Shown: positions 20,668 to 32,044 of the stretch, piece by piece
Numbering within the stretch: the stretch's first letter is position 1
How the letters are laid out: each line of letters begins with the position of its first letter
DNA from: Desulfomicrobium sp.
GTDB taxonomy: Bacteria > Desulfobacterota > Desulfovibrionia > Desulfovibrionales > Desulfomicrobiaceae
Assembly: GCA_040768745.1 (NCBI GenBank)
Contig: JAXGMI010000001.1
Location: 1,536,001-1,600,000, forward strand
Direction of reading: 5' to 3'
DNA: 64,000 bases
Notes under the pieces: generated by a model
Told to the model about the DNA's origin: nothing
Database searches by the model: none
Seen by the model: the letters and a program-made list of their open reading frames with translations, nothing else
Position numbers and translations under genes: made by a program

Positions 20668-21770
20668 GCGCTCCCTCCGGGTTTGACCCGCATGTGGCAG
20701 ACGCCCTGCAATGTGGCCACGGCGTGGGGAAAGTATTTTTCCTTGAAGCGCAGGGCCACGCCCACCAGGGCGATGAGCACCGGCACTTCGACGAGAGGCC
20801 CGATGACGGCGGCGAAAGCCTGGCCCGAGTTGATGCCGAAGACCGCGATGGCCACGGCAATGGCCAGCTCGAAGTTGTTGGAGGCCGCCGTGAAGCTCAA
20901 GGTCGTGGACTGCTCGTAGGTCGCTCCGGCCCTGGCCGAGAGGTAGAAGGAGACCAGGAACATGACCAGGAAGTAGATCGTCAGGGGGATGGCCACCCGC
21001 ACCACGTCCAGGGGCAGCTGTACGATGTACTCGCCCTTGAGGGAGAACATGACCAGGATAGTGAAGAGCAGAAAGATGAGCGTGAAGGGGCTGATCTTCG
21101 GGATGAAGATCTTCTCGTACCAGTCCCTGCCCTTGGTCTTCAGGCCCACGAAGCGGGTGATCATGCCGCCCAGGAAGGGGATGCCCAGGTAGATGAACAC
21201 GCTCTTGGCGATCTGGCCCATGGAGATGTCCACCTCCATGCCGGTCAGACCGAACCAGCCGGGCAGAATGGTGATGAAGACCCATGCGTAGACCGAGAAG
21301 AAAAGGACCTGGAAGATGGAGTTGAAGGCCACCAGGCCCGCGCAGTACTCGGTGTCGCCCTTGGCCAGGTCGTTCCAGACGATGACCATGGCGATGCAGC
21401 GGGCCAGGCCGATGAGGATCAGGCCGACCATGTATTCCGGGTAGCCGGACAGCAGGGCGATGGCGGCCAACAGGAACATGAGGATGGGCCCGATGACCCA
21501 GTTCTGGACCAGGGACAGGGCCAGGACGCGGCCGCTGCGGAAGACGTGGCCGAGCTCCTCGTATTTCACCTTGGCCAGTGGCGGGTACATCATGATGATG
21601 AGGCCGATGGCGATGGGGATGTTGGTGGTCCCGACCTGGAAGGCATTGATGACATCCTTCACGCCGGGGGCCAGGTAGCCAAGCCCCACGCCGACGAACA
21701 TGGCCAGGAAGATCCACAGGGTCAGGTTGCGGTCCAGGAAGGAGAGTTTGCGGATGACGGATTCGGTCAT
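20664..21770 (-). CDS. acr3: ACR3 family arsenite efflux transporter
   Basis: [27 protein letters not shown] and GPLVEVP motifs. Confidence 0.95.
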   Translation of the reverse strand: MTESVIRKLSFLDRNLTLWIFLAMFVGVGLGYLAPGVKDVINAFQVGTTNIPIAIGLIIMMYPPLAKVKYEELGHVFRSGRVLALSLVQNWVIGPILMFLLAAIALLSGYPEYMVGLILIGLARCIAMVIVWNDLAKGDTEYCAGLVAFNSIFQVLFFSVYAWVFITILPGWFGLTGMEVDISMGQIAKSVFIYLGIPFLGGMITRFVGLKTKGRDWYEKIFIPKISPFTLIFLLFTILVMFSLKGEYIVQLPLDVVRVAIPLTIYFLVMFLVSFYLSARAGATYEQSTTLSFTAASNNFELAIAVAIAVFGINSGQAFAAVIGPLVEVPVLIALVGVALRFKEKYFPHAVATLQGVCHMRVKPGGSA

Positions 21771-21790
21771 GGGGTTCTCTTTATGGGGGA

Positions 21791-22138
21791 TCAGTCACAG
21801 GACTGTGACGGTTTGACGGCGAGATAGGCGAAATAGCGTTGGTCGTCCTCCCGGCAGACGTCGTGCATGGGCAGCTCCTCCTTGAGGATGCCCGCGATGC
21901 GCGCCTGGAGGGACGGAACCGTATCCAGGAGGAGGTAGTGCATCCACTTCCCGCTGCGGCGGGCCTTGACCCATCCCGCGTTCTTCAGGGAGGACAGATG
22001 CCTGGAGACGGTTGACTGCGGGATTTGCAGGGCTTCCGTCAGGTCGCAGACGCACAGCTCGCCGTGGCGGAGCAATGCGATGATGCGCAGACGGGTGGGG
22101 TCGGACAGGGCTTTCAGGATTTCGGCGGTTCTTTCCAT
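21791..22138 (-). CDS. arsR: ArsR/SmtB family repressor
   Basis: [18 protein letters not shown] and QSTVSRHL motifs. Confidence 0.92.
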   Translation of the reverse strand: MERTAEILKALSDPTRLRIIALLRHGELCVCDLTEALQIPQSTVSRHLSSLKNAGWVKARRSGKWMHYLLLDTVPSLQARIAGILKEELPMHDVCREDDQRYFAYLAVKPSQSCD

Positions 22139-22146
22139 GTCGGGAC

Positions 22147-22173
22147 ACATATTCGGATAGGCGGATATGTCAA
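22147..22173 (-). promoter_or_regulatory. Putative ArsR operator overlapping a sigma70 promoter
   Basis: Inverted repeat ACATATTCG-N6-CGGATATGT; TTGACA on the minus strand at 22173-22168. Confidence 0.6.
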
Positions 22174-22311
22174 GAGCCGAAATCCTCTTGTGCCCTGCCG
22201 GGCTCTGGGCGTAGTTCTGCAAAGGGAAAAATATCCATGCGTCGGGAATCGGACGCGGGTGGCGCTTGCCGCCGGTCCACCTCCATTCCCAGGCGCGACG
22301 AGGAAGGGGTC

Positions 22312-23214
22312 ATGAACGAGGTCTGGTTTGCCCTGGGTTTGACCGCTTTCGCCGGCCTGGCGACGGGTATCGGCAGCATCATCGCCTTCACGGCCAAGCT
22401 GTCGAGCTACCGCTTTTTGTCCGTGGCCACGGGCTTTTCGGCAGGGGTGATGCTCTACGTCTCCTTCGTCGAGATTTTCTTCAAGGGCCAGGCATCCCTG
22501 GTCCAGCATTACGGCGATCCGGCCGGGCATTGGGTCAACGCGGCCGCGTTTTTCGGCGGGATGCTCCTGATCGGCCTCATCGACAATCTGATCCCCGAAG
22601 AGACCAACCCCCACGAGATACCGTCCGAGGCCGAGTCGGACATGCTGCACGGCAAAAGCGCGTCTGTCTGGGACATCGGCAAGAATGCCGCGTGTCCCAA
22701 GACGGCCGGGAAAATGGTCAAGCCAGGGCCGGGGCATGAAAAAAAGCTGCTGCGCATGGGCCTTTTCACCGCCCTGGCCATCGGCATCCACAATTTTCCC
22801 GAGGGTCTGGCCACCTTCCTGGCCGCCCTGCATGACCCCAGCCTGGGCATCGCCATTGCCGTGGCCATCGCCCTGCACAACATCCCCGAGGGGGTCAGCG
22901 TGGCCGTGCCCATCTATTACGCCACGGGCAAGCGGCGCACGGCCTTTTACTATTCCCTGCTGAGCGGCCTGGCCGAACCCATCGGGGCGGGCGTTGCCTA
23001 TCTGGGCATCCTTTTTTTTGCCGGCGGACCGGGCGGGGTGCTGCCGCCGCAGCTCATGGGTATCCTCTTCGGCGGGGTGGCCGGAATCATGGTCTACATC
23101 AGCCTCGACGAACTCCTGCCCACCAGCCGGGCCTATGGCCAAGGCCACGACAGCCTCTTCGGCCTGGTGGGCGGCATGGTGGTCATGGCTCTGAGCCTGC
23201 TTTTGATGAAGTAG
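22312..23214 (+). CDS. zupT: ZIP family zinc transporter ZupT
   Basis: [27 protein letters not shown] and SLDELLP motifs. Confidence 0.93.
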   Translation: MNEVWFALGLTAFAGLATGIGSIIAFTAKLSSYRFLSVATGFSAGVMLYVSFVEIFFKGQASLVQHYGDPAGHWVNAAAFFGGMLLIGLIDNLIPEETNPHEIPSEAESDMLHGKSASVWDIGKNAACPKTAGKMVKPGPGHEKKLLRMGLFTALAIGIHNFPEGLATFLAALHDPSLGIAIAVAIALHNIPEGVSVAVPIYYATGKRRTAFYYSLLSGLAEPIGAGVAYLGILFFAGGPGGVLPPQLMGILFGGVAGIMVYISLDELLPTSRAYGQGHDSLFGLVGGMVVMALSLLLMK

Positions 23215-23216
23215 TT

Positions 23217-23921
23217 TCAGACGGGCAGGAAAGGGCGGGCCATGAAATAGAGTCCCATGGCTCCGATGAAACCGCCCGCCATGCGGCGAAAAGCCGTGCC
23301 GCCGCGTTGCCAGGAGGCATTGGCCATCAGGCGGCGGACCAGGGCCGTGGAGCTGCCGGCGACCACGATGGGGATGCAATGCCCCAGACCGAACAGGACG
23401 ATGAGCAGGATGCCGGTCATGACCTTTTCCTGCACCGTGATGACGGCCAGGATGGGCGCGATGAACCCGAAGGTGCAGGAGCCCGACAGGATGCCGTAGG
23501 CCAGGCCGAGCACGAAAGCCCCACCCATGCCGCGCAGCTTGAAGCGGCCCATGAGGCTCCCGCCCAGGGAGCATTTGGCCACACCGAGCATGTCCAAGGC
23601 CACCCACAGCAGGATCAGGCCCACGACGATGGTCCAGTACGGTCCCGCATCGCCGAGCATGCGGCCAAGCAGGGCGCAGACCACGCCGATGACCGCGATG
23701 GTCAGGAACAGCCCGGTCGTGAACAGGCCAGCATAGAGTGCGGCCTGTCTGCCTTCCACCAATTTGTCCTGCCCCGCCACATAGCCGACGATGAGGGGGA
23801 TGGAGGCCAGATGGCAGGGGCTGAAGAGCACGCTGACCACGCCCCACAAAAAGCAGCCCAGGGCCGCAAGCCCCGCACCGGACCCCATCCACTGGTTGAT
23901 GAGGATCAGGAACTGGTCCAT
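23217..23921 (-). CDS. CcdA/DsbD-type thiol-disulfide transmembrane protein
   Basis: FSPCHLASIP and GSCTFGF conserved Cys in a multi-TM protein. Confidence 0.88.
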   Translation of the reverse strand: MDQFLILINQWMGSGAGLAALGCFLWGVVSVLFSPCHLASIPLIVGYVAGQDKLVEGRQAALYAGLFTTGLFLTIAVIGVVCALLGRMLGDAGPYWTIVVGLILLWVALDMLGVAKCSLGGSLMGRFKLRGMGGAFVLGLAYGILSGSCTFGFIAPILAVITVQEKVMTGILLIVLFGLGHCIPIVVAGSSTALVRRLMANASWQRGGTAFRRMAGGFIGAMGLYFMARPFLPV

Positions 23922-23925
23922 GCGG

Positions 23926-24312
23926 TTACTCCACGCCCAGCTTGGTCAGCACCTTGATGATGGATTCCTTGTCGAAATATCCCTCGTGGCGCATGACCTC
24001 CGTGCCGTCCTTGTCGTAGAAGATCTGGGTCGGGATGGCCCGGATGTCGAACTTTTCGGATTCCTTTGGGTTTTTCCAGACGTCGATGAAGACGATGCCG
24101 GCCCTGCCTTCGTATTCTTCGGACAGGGACTCGATGACCGGGATCATCATCTTGCACGGGATGCAGGCTTTTGCGCCGATGTCGACCATGGTGACCATGC
24201 CCTTGAGGGGCACTTCCTGGGGATCGCCGGAGATGAGCGGAGACGGGGCGGCAAGCGCCTGGCTGGCGGAAGCGAGGAAGAGGAAGGCGAGGAGAAGACG
24301 AAGGAATTTCAT
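23926..24312 (-). CDS. Exported thioredoxin family protein
   Basis: Signal peptide MKFLRLLLAFLFLASASQALA; CIPC and IPTQIFYD motifs. Confidence 0.88.
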   Translation of the reverse strand: MKFLRLLLAFLFLASASQALAAPSPLISGDPQEVPLKGMVTMVDIGAKACIPCKMMIPVIESLSEEYEGRAGIVFIDVWKNPKESEKFDIRAIPTQIFYDKDGTEVMRHEGYFDKESIIKVLTKLGVE

Positions 24313-24443
24313 GGGAACCTCGGTTACAGGTCGGTTTTGCGAAGGAATTGCGGATTCAAGGCAACATTCGTTCCCGTGCGAGGTCCGTGGCGATGCGGCT
24401 CCCGGGGCCGGTGCGCTGGGAAGTGCATCGCCGCGGGGGTGCG

Positions 24444-24679
24444 TCATGCCTTCAGCCAGGCAACCACATCGGCCTTCTTTGGCACCTTGCCCATGACTTT
24501 GACCGTGCCGTCCACAGCCACGGCCGGGGTGGTGAACACGCCGAACTTGGCGATCTCGGTGAAGTCGCTGACCTTCTCCAGGCTGGCCTCCACACCGGAT
24601 TCGGCGATGGCCGCCTCGACGATCTTGAATGTTTCCGTGCACTTGGGGCAACCTGGGCCCATGACGTGAACTTTTTCAT
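24444..24679 (-). CDS. Small redox-active disulfide protein (MTH895-like thioredoxin), apparent frameshift in A-run near the start
   Basis: GPGCPKC and TPAVAVDG motifs; RBS GGAG before ATG 24679. Confidence 0.85.
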
Positions 24680-24726
24680 GACTGCTCCATAGATGTTGAA
24701 TGATGAATTGGCGAAACGGCCAAGAA

Positions 24727-25041
24727 TCAGCCCAGCCGGTCTCGGGCCGTGAGCACCGAATCCAGGCAGTGGAAGAAATTCAGCACGCAGGGTACGCGCA
24801 GCCGGTAGTAGACCTGCTTGCCCCGCTTCTCGTCCTCCACGATGCCCGCGTCCTTCAGCAGCGCGAGATGCTTGGAGACCGTGGACAGGTCGCACCCCGC
24901 CAAGTCCCGCAGGTCGCAGACGCAACGCTCGCCGCGCGACAACTCCTCGATCATCATGAGGCGGGTCGGATGGGCCAGGGACTTCATGACCTTGGCGCGG
25001 GCCTCGAAATCGGTTTTGGCGGTGGGGATGGGGAAGAGCAT
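24727..25041 (-). CDS. ArsR/SmtB family transcriptional regulator
   Basis: KSLAHPTRL, ERCVCDL and STVSKHL motifs. Confidence 0.9.
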   Translation of the reverse strand: MLFPIPTAKTDFEARAKVMKSLAHPTRLMMIEELSRGERCVCDLRDLAGCDLSTVSKHLALLKDAGIVEDEKRGKQVYYRLRVPCVLNFFHCLDSVLTARDRLG

Positions 25042-25115
25042 GGTTGTCCTCGCGTATTTATTTGGCTATATGGCCAAGCGTTCTGCGGGTCAAACTTTTA
25101 CCTGGATGGGGATGC

Positions 25116-26417
25116 ATGAACTGGAGAGAAGAGTGGAAGCCGCTGGCCGTCATCGCGACCATATTCCTGGCCTGTTTCTATCTGCCCGTGGGCACGCAAC
25201 GCTTTGACAGTGCCATCCTCGAAGCGTTTCACCTCGTCAAGTGGTATGCAAGAGAGCACGTGCTACTGTGCCTGATCCCGGCCTTCTTCATCGCCGGGGC
25301 CATCTCGGTCTTCGTCAGCCAGGGTTCGGTCATGAAGTACCTGGGGGCCAAGGCCAACAAGGTCCTGGCCTACGGCGTGGCCTCGGTCTCGGGCACCATC
25401 CTGGCCGTATGCTCCTGCACGGTGCTGCCGCTCTTCGCAGGTATCTGGCGAATGGGAGCAGGACTTGGTCCGGCATGTGCGTTCCTCTATTCCGGCCCGG
25501 CCATCAACGTGCTGGCCATCGTCATGACGGCCCGCGTCTTAGGTCCGGAATTAGGTATGGCTCGCGCTGTGGGGGCCATCTCTTTCAGTGTGATCATTGG
25601 TGCCCTTATGCACATCATTTTCCGCAAAGAAGAAGCGGGGAGAACTGAAATACAGATGGCCCAGATTGAGGAAGACGTGAAACGCCCCCTGTGGCAGAAC
25701 GCCCTGTACTTCGCTTCCATGGTCGGCATCCTGGTTTTCGCCAACTGGGGCAAACCACAGACGGATTACGGGTTGTGGGCCGTCATTTTCGGAGCCAAGT
25801 GGGTCGTGACGTCCGTCTTCGCCGCAGCCCTGGGCGCCATGCTCGTAGGCTGGTTCGGCGTACGGACCTGGAAGGTCGGTGTCGCGGCCGTTCCCGTCAT
25901 CATTCTTGCGCTCATTTTTTCCGAGCAGCCCCTGCTGGCCTTCACGGCCGGAGTCATCGGCCTGTCCGTCTTCACCAGCACCGACGAAGGCGAGGTCGGG
26001 GACTGGTTTTCCTCGTCCTGGGGATTCGCCAAGCAGATCCTGCCGCTGCTGCTCTTCGGCGTGCTCATCGCCGGCGCACTCCTGGGCCGCGTGGGGTATG
26101 AGGGCCTCATCCCGTCGGAATGGGTGGCCAAGGCCGTGGGCGGCAATTCATTCATGGCCAACTTCTTCGCCTCCTTCGCCGGGGCCTTCATGTATTTTGC
26201 CACCCTGACCGAGGTGCCCATTGTTCAGGGCCTCATCGGCGCGGGCATGGGCAAGGGCCCGGCCCTGGCCCTGCTTCTGGCCGGCCCGGCGCTGAGCCTT
26301 CCGAACATGCTGGTCATCAACAGCATCATGGGTGCGAGGAAGACTGTCGTCTTTGTCGGCCTGGTCATCGTCATGGCCACCGTTTCGGGCCTTTTTTACG
26401 GAGCGGTGTGGGGGTAA
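25116..26417 (+). CDS. DUF318/ArsP family permease
   Basis: LAVCSCTVLPLF, FLYSGPAIN, FMYFATLTEVP and GPALSLPN motifs. Confidence 0.9.
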   Translation: MNWREEWKPLAVIATIFLACFYLPVGTQRFDSAILEAFHLVKWYAREHVLLCLIPAFFIAGAISVFVSQGSVMKYLGAKANKVLAYGVASVSGTILAVCSCTVLPLFAGIWRMGAGLGPACAFLYSGPAINVLAIVMTARVLGPELGMARAVGAISFSVIIGALMHIIFRKEEAGRTEIQMAQIEEDVKRPLWQNALYFASMVGILVFANWGKPQTDYGLWAVIFGAKWVVTSVFAAALGAMLVGWFGVRTWKVGVAAVPVIILALIFSEQPLLAFTAGVIGLSVFTSTDEGEVGDWFSSSWGFAKQILPLLLFGVLIAGALLGRVGYEGLIPSEWVAKAVGGNSFMANFFASFAGAFMYFATLTEVPIVQGLIGAGMGKGPALALLLAGPALSLPNMLVINSIMGARKTVVFVGLVIVMATVSGLFYGAVWG

Positions 26418-26546
26418 TTCGGCAGGGTTCCAGGGATCATGGCATACGTGCAGAATCTGGTTTCTGGTTGTGAGCCGGGGGATGTTCTTCAGGACAGCAT
26501 CACGCCTTCGTGAGGATGTGTACGGACCAGGCCCCAGATGGGTGCG

Positions 26547-27782
26547 TCACCCGTTGGGCAGAATGGCCTGGGAGCAGTCCTGTTGCAGGCAGAACGTGCC
26601 GAGGAGGCCGTCGTCAAGAACACTGCCATGAAGGGAGGACTTCAAGGTCGAGATTTCTTCAGGCAGATAGCGTCCGTACATCTTGATGGGTATTTCCGGG
26701 ATGGAGACTGTCGGCGACGCTGCGAGGGTGAGCAGATATTCGATCAGATACGCTGCGTTTTGGCCGAGGGGCCCGGAATACCGCTGTCTCTGCCGCAGCC
26801 GCAGCACCCTGAGTTCATGCAGGGAGCGTCCGAATTCCGACTCCATGAGTTCTTCAGGGGTGGTCAGGATGAGCTCAAGCCGGATAGAGGGCGCGCCGTC
26901 GCCTACATAACGGCCAATATTGTTTCGAATATCGCTGGGGTTGAGTCCGCGTTTCCGCGCGATGTCCCAGTCCAGGTCCCTCAGACGGGCCGTCACCACA
27001 TCCGCCGATGGCAGGCTGATGTCCAGCAGCAGGTTGACCGCGTTGTAGTCTCCGCTGTGCCGTTCAATTTCCACCACAGTCATCCCTGGTTCGTCGCCCA
27101 GAATTGCCGGCAGGCGGTCAAGGGTCGCCTGCGGGGCAATGATCTTGAAGCCGAGAATATCGTTGATGGTCAGATCGGCAGGGTCAATGCGAATGGTCTT
27201 GTCCATGAAGCTCCGGGCAACGGCATCTTCGGCTTCGATAAAATCGTGCTGCATGGTTGCCTCGGAACTGACAAAAGTGTCCAGGGCCACCCCTGCTGCG
27301 GCAGCCCGCTGAGTGGCGAGCTGGCGGGCCTTGGACTGAATTTCCTTGAAAAGGGCTTCGACCAGACGGAAGGACACCTTTTCGGCAATGCGGGTCAGCC
27401 GCTTGATGCGGCCGATGGCCACCAGGCGGGCCGCACTGTCGGTAATGACGGTGGCGTCGATGGGCAGATAAGGGAAAAAATACGTTGGGTTTTTGAGAAA
27501 ATGCCCGGCCAGTTCATCCGTGCGGGAATTCCGAACAGGGAGGCAGGAGATGATGCGCTCACGGAGTTCATGCTTGAGGCGCACCCGCTCCATCTGCAGG
27601 GGATGGCCCATGAATTCCGACAGAAATTGAAGAATCCGTTCCATGACGATGGCCGAGATGGCGCTTTCGTACACAAATATGCGAGTTATCTTCTCCCCAT
27701 CGTCTGGATGGAAGTCGTCGTTCATCCATCGCAGGGTCAGGTCGAAGAGTTCATTCCGGTGGGTCATGGCTGTCAGATACAT
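26547..27782 (-). CDS. Hypothetical protein with divergent RelA/SpoT synthetase-like (nucleotidyltransferase) motifs
   Basis: GRIKRLTRIAEK, INDILGFKII, HSGDYNAVN and LELILTT..E.EFG...H occur in the order of the RSH synthetase motifs. Confidence 0.6.
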   Translation of the reverse strand: MYLTAMTHRNELFDLTLRWMNDDFHPDDGEKITRIFVYESAISAIVMERILQFLSEFMGHPLQMERVRLKHELRERIISCLPVRNSRTDELAGHFLKNPTYFFPYLPIDATVITDSAARLVAIGRIKRLTRIAEKVSFRLVEALFKEIQSKARQLATQRAAAAGVALDTFVSSEATMQHDFIEAEDAVARSFMDKTIRIDPADLTINDILGFKIIAPQATLDRLPAILGDEPGMTVVEIERHSGDYNAVNLLLDISLPSADVVTARLRDLDWDIARKRGLNPSDIRNNIGRYVGDGAPSIRLELILTTPEELMESEFGRSLHELRVLRLRQRQRYSGPLGQNAAYLIEYLLTLAASPTVSIPEIPIKMYGRYLPEEISTLKSSLHGSVLDDGLLGTFCLQQDCSQAILPNG

Positions 27783-27872
27783 GGCTTCCTGTTCTCTTCA
27801 CCGGCTGCAGAGTTTTTTCCGCACGGCGTTCCGTATCCGATGCCCGCAGCAGGGCAGGCGCAATGCAGAAGT

Positions 27873-29219
27873 CTACAGCCGCGGCAGGTACCGTTCCAGC
27901 TCGTAATTCGTGACCTGCGAACGGTATTGGTCCCATTCCACGCGTTTGTTGTCCAGGAACTTGCTGAAGATATGCCCGCCCAGGGCTTCGCGGACCAGGG
28001 TGCTGCCTTCCATGGCCTCCAGGGCACGCTCCAGGCTGCCAGGCAGACTGTCGATGCCGCGATCCCGACGCTGGCTGGCGGTCATCGTGTAGATGTCCTC
28101 TTCCACGGGAGCCGTCAGGGCGTAGTTGTCCTCAATACCCTTGAGACCGGCTGCGAGCATGCAGGCAAAGGCCAGGTAGGGATTGCAGGCCGGATCCGGG
28201 GAGCGCAATTCCACGCGGGTGGCCGCTTCCTTGCCAGGCTTGTACATGGGCACACGGACCAAAGTGGAGCGGTTGCGCCTGGCCCAGGCGATGTTGGTCG
28301 GGGCCTCGAAGCCAGGCACCAAGCGCTTGTAGGAATTGACCCACTGGTTGGTCACGGCGGTGAATTCCTTGCAGTGGCTGAGCAGTCCGGCAATGTAGGA
28401 CTTGGCCTCGCGGCTCAGCTGGTGTTCCCCGTCGGCATCGTAGAAGAGGTTGCGGCCGTTCTTGAACAGGGACTGGTGCACATGCATGCCGCTGCCATTC
28501 TCGCCATACAGGGGTTTGGGCATGAAGGTCGCGTAGCAGCCGTTCTGGCGGGCGATCTCCTTGACCACCACCCGATAAGTGATGGCTGTGTCGGCCATTC
28601 TGAGGGCGTCGGCATAGCGCAGAGCCAGCTCGTGCTGGCTGGGCGCGACCTCATGGTGGCCATACTCCACGTGGACACCCATGGAACGCAAGCAGGAAAT
28701 GATTTCGCGGCGGATTTCCCCGGCCAGGTCCAGCGGGGGCGCGTCGAAATACCCACCAGGGTCCAAGGGTTTGGGAGAGGCTGCGCTTTCGAACAGAAAG
28801 AATTCCAATTCTGGTCCGACATAGAAGGAGTACCCTTTGGATGCGGCGGCCTGCAGGTTCCGCTTCAGGCAATGGCGGCTATCGCCGGCAAAGGGGGCCC
28901 CGCTTGGTTCCAGGATGTCGCAGAACATGCGGGCCATGGGGGCGGCAGTGGGTTTCCATGTCACAAGCTGGAACGTGGCCGGGTCAGGCACGGCAATCAT
29001 GTCACTTTCTTCAATTCTGCAAAAGCCCTCCAGGGATGATCCATCAAAACCCATGCCCTCTTCGAAGGCGGCTTCCAACTCGCCAGGCAGGACCTGGAAA
29101 CTCTTCAGGGTTCCAAGCACATCCACAAACCAGAACTGGACCAGCTCTATCTTGTGTTCGCGCACGGCCTTCACCACATCGTCGGAATTCTTGCAGTTGA
29201 AAATGGGAAAATCTGGCAT
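27873..29219 (-). CDS. glnA: Glutamine synthetase type I
   Basis: FDGSS, GPELEFF, HHEVAPSQHE, FMPKP..GENGSGMH and ELRSPDP motifs. Confidence 0.96.
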   Translation of the reverse strand: MPDFPIFNCKNSDDVVKAVREHKIELVQFWFVDVLGTLKSFQVLPGELEAAFEEGMGFDGSSLEGFCRIEESDMIAVPDPATFQLVTWKPTAAPMARMFCDILEPSGAPFAGDSRHCLKRNLQAAASKGYSFYVGPELEFFLFESAASPKPLDPGGYFDAPPLDLAGEIRREIISCLRSMGVHVEYGHHEVAPSQHELALRYADALRMADTAITYRVVVKEIARQNGCYATFMPKPLYGENGSGMHVHQSLFKNGRNLFYDADGEHQLSREAKSYIAGLLSHCKEFTAVTNQWVNSYKRLVPGFEAPTNIAWARRNRSTLVRVPMYKPGKEAATRVELRSPDPACNPYLAFACMLAAGLKGIEDNYALTAPVEEDIYTMTASQRRDRGIDSLPGSLERALEAMEGSTLVREALGGHIFSKFLDNKRVEWDQYRSQVTNYELERYLPRL

Positions 29220-29350
29220 GACTGTCCTCCACAGGGGCGATGTTTTTTTACTTTGCTACCAAAGTGAAGGGCGGTTGTCTTGTTGGTGGACGTGATTTGC
29301 AAAATTGGAAATTTGCTGTGCGCATGGGCCGAACAGGGTGGAGGAAACGT

Positions 29351-30205
29351 TCAAAGGGGGAAGGCCCGGATCCCCGCCTTAGGATTCTTCTGCCAACCAG
29401 ATCTGAAGAGAGCCAAGTCATCCCTGCCGGCCGCAGGCCAGCAGGAAATCCTCCACGCCGCTCCACGGCGGCCCATGCCCTCGCGATCCAGCAGGTTGAT
29501 GATGTGGCTGCCGACCACGGCCACGTCGGCCAGACCGGAAAGCATTCGCACGTGCTCCGGCCTGGAGATACCGAATCCAGCGGCGATGGGCAAACCGGCC
29601 TTGTTTTTCAGATTGCGCACATAATCCACCCCGGCTTGGCCAATGCTGGACCCGGCGCCGGTGATGCCGACCTTGAGCGTCGTGTACAGGAGGCCCGAGG
29701 CGCGGCGTAAAACCGCGTCCAGCCGCGGACCCACGGTGTCCGGCGAGATGACCATGACAGGGTGCAGACCGTGCTGGCGTGCGGCGCCTGCATAATCCCC
29801 GTCCGTTTCGTCCCAGGGCAGGTCCGGCAGGATGACGCCGCTGGCCCCGCTGGCCGCAGCCTGGTGCAGGAATCGCTCCATGCCCATGGCAAAGGGGATG
29901 TTGGCGTAGGTCATGAACATGAATCCGACATCAGGCAACTCGCTGGACAGCGCCGAGCACAGCTCGAAGCAATGCCCGGGCGTGATGCCGACATCAAGTG
30001 CCGCCTGGTTGGCGCGCATGATGGTCGGGCCGTCGGCCAGGGGGTCGGTGAAGGGGATCTGGATCTCCATGAGGCGCACCCCGCAACGGGCCATGAGCCG
30101 GATCAGCTCGGCGTTGACCTCCAGGCTCGGGTAGCCGGCGACCACGTGGGTCATCAGCTGGATGCCCCCGGCGCCTTTGAGCGCTCTGTCGATTCTATTT
30201 TCCAT
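29351..30205 (-). CDS. trpA: Tryptophan synthase alpha (C-terminus probably frameshifted; true stop may be near 29418)
   Basis: [18 protein letters not shown] and AGFGIS motifs. Confidence 0.93.
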   Translation of the reverse strand: MENRIDRALKGAGGIQLMTHVVAGYPSLEVNAELIRLMARCGVRLMEIQIPFTDPLADGPTIMRANQAALDVGITPGHCFELCSALSSELPDVGFMFMTYANIPFAMGMERFLHQAAASGASGVILPDLPWDETDGDYAGAARQHGLHPVMVISPDTVGPRLDAVLRRASGLLYTTLKVGITGAGSSIGQAGVDYVRNLKNKAGLPIAAGFGISRPEHVRMLSGLADVAVVGSHIINLLDREGMGRRGAAWRISCWPAAGRDDLALFRSGWQKNPKAGIRAFPL

Positions 30206-31433
30206 GACGCACCTCGCTTTCCAGAAAGGAGATCCAGTTTTCGCGGTCCAGCTCCATGGCCGTGATGAAGATGTCCTTGTCCCCGCGCCCCGAGATGTTG
30301 ACGACCATGATCTCGCCCCTGGGCAGCGTCGGGGCCAGCTCCATGGCCCGGGCCACGGCGTGGGACGATTCCAGGGCCGGGATAATGCCCTCCAGCCGGG
30401 TCAGCCGCCTGAAGGCGTCCAGGGCCTGCACGTCGGTGATGGCTGCGAACTCGACCATCTTCTGGTCATAGAGCCAGGCCAGCTCCGGACCCACTCCCGC
30501 GTAGTCGAGGCCGGCCGAGACCGAGTGTGTGTTCTGCAACTGGCCGCTGTCGTCCTGCAGGAAATAGCTCTTGTAGCCCTGCACGATGCCGACCTTGGGC
30601 GTGGAGCCGAAGCGGGCCGCGTTGTCGCCGGGGTTGAGGCCGCGTCCGCCGGCCTCGGCCCCGTGAAAGCGGATCCCTCTTTCCTCCAGGAACGGATGGA
30701 AGAGGCCGATGGAGTTGGATCCCCCGCCCACACAGGCCACGAGATGGTCGGGCAGCCGTCCCTCGCGCTCCAGGATCTGGGCGCGCACCTCGCGGCCGAT
30801 GACGGACTGGAAGTCGCGGACCATGACCGGGTAAGGGAACGGTCCCAGGGCCGAGCCCAGGATGTAGTGCGTGTCCCGCAGGTTCTGGATCCAGTATTTG
30901 AGGGTGGCGTTGACGGCGTCCTTGAGGGTCCTGGTGCCATCGGTGACAGGCACGACCTCGGCGCCCAGGAGCTTCATGGCGTACACGTTGGGGTACTGGC
31001 GGCGCACGTCCACCTCGCCCATGAAGATCGTGCACCCCATCCCGAAACGGGCGGCCACCGTGGCTGACGCCAGGCCATGCTGGCCCGCACCGGTTTCGGC
31101 AATGACCTTGGTCTTGCCCAGGCGTTTGGCCAGCAGGCCCTGCCCCAGGGCGTTGTTGATCTTGTGAGCGCCAGTGTGGGCCAATCCTTCGAGCTTCAGA
31201 TAGATCTTGCATCCGCCCAGTTCGCGGGTCAGGTTTTCGGCAAAATACAGGGGGGTGGGCCGGCCACAGTAATTCTGGTACAGGTCGGCCAGCTCGGCCA
31301 CAAATCCGGGATCGTTTTTGTACTTCAGGTAGCCCTGTTCCAGTTCTTCCAGGGCCGGGACCAGCATTTCCGGCACATAACGGCCGCCGTAGGGACCGAA
31401 ATGACGAGGGAGCATGTCGGATATTCTGCTCAT
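30195..31433 (-). CDS. trpB: Tryptophan synthase beta
   Basis: [23 protein letters not shown] and SAGLDY motifs. Confidence 0.97.
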   Translation of the reverse strand: MSRISDMLPRHFGPYGGRYVPEMLVPALEELEQGYLKYKNDPGFVAELADLYQNYCGRPTPLYFAENLTRELGGCKIYLKLEGLAHTGAHKINNALGQGLLAKRLGKTKVIAETGAGQHGLASATVAARFGMGCTIFMGEVDVRRQYPNVYAMKLLGAEVVPVTDGTRTLKDAVNATLKYWIQNLRDTHYILGSALGPFPYPVMVRDFQSVIGREVRAQILEREGRLPDHLVACVGGGSNSIGLFHPFLEERGIRFHGAEAGGRGLNPGDNAARFGSTPKVGIVQGYKSYFLQDDSGQLQNTHSVSAGLDYAGVGPELAWLYDQKMVEFAAITDVQALDAFRRLTRLEGIIPALESSHAVARAMELAPTLPRGEIMVVNISGRGDKDIFITAMELDRENWISFLESEVRHGK

Positions 31434-32044
31434 GGATTTCCTCTCAGTATGGTCACGGCGCGGCGGATTTTATCGTGATCCTTGATTCCAGGCGCGCTTT
31501 CCACGCCGGAATTGAGGTCGAAACCACCCGCGCCGGTGGTTTTCATGGTTTCCAGGTTGTGGGGGCCGAGCCCTCCGGCCAGGTACCAGGTGTGGGGGCA
31601 CTGCAGACGTCTCAGGCCTGCGGGGTCCAGGCTCGAGCCATGGCCGCCGCCGGAGGTGCCGCTGTCCAGGAGGATGGCCCGGCAGACCGGTGAGAACATC
31701 CGCATTTTGGCCAGCAACTGACCGGTGGTTTCGTATCGCTGAGGCCACATGGCCCGGATAATGCGTTCCGGCCCCAGGGCCCGACATTGGTCCACGGTGT
31801 GCCCCCCATGAAGCTGGAGCAGGTCGAGGCCGGCCTCCAGGGCGATGGACTGGATCTCGCCCACGTCCTGACGCACGAAGACCCCGACCTTGAGGGCGCG
31901 CCTCGGCTTTTGGGCCGCAGCCCAGGCCGGAGTGACATTGCGGGGGCTCGGCCCGTGAAAGATGAAACCCAGCAGGTCAATGCCCAGTTCGTCACAGAAA
32001 GCCACATCCTCGGGGCGGGTCATGCCGCAGACCTTGATGATCAT
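31430..32044 (-). CDS. trpF: Phosphoribosylanthranilate isomerase
   Basis: IKVCG, QLHG, LAGGL and DLNSGVE motifs. Confidence 0.93.
   Translation of the reverse strand: MIIKVCGMTRPEDVAFCDELGIDLLGFIFHGPSPRNVTPAWAAAQKPRRALKVGVFVRQDVGEIQSIALEAGLDLLQLHGGHTVDQCRALGPERIIRAMWPQRYETTGQLLAKMRMFSPVCRAILLDSGTSGGGHGSSLDPAGLRRLQCPHTWYLAGGLGPHNLETMKTTGAGGFDLNSGVESAPGIKDHDKIRRAVTILRGNP

Noticed and set aside
20227..21717. 496-aa ORF as an ArsC fusion
   Set aside because: Only the last 146 aa are ArsC; the rest is an alternative frame of acr3.
29220..29350. Sigma54 promoter upstream of glnA
   Set aside because: No TGGCAC-N5-TTGC match found on the minus strand.
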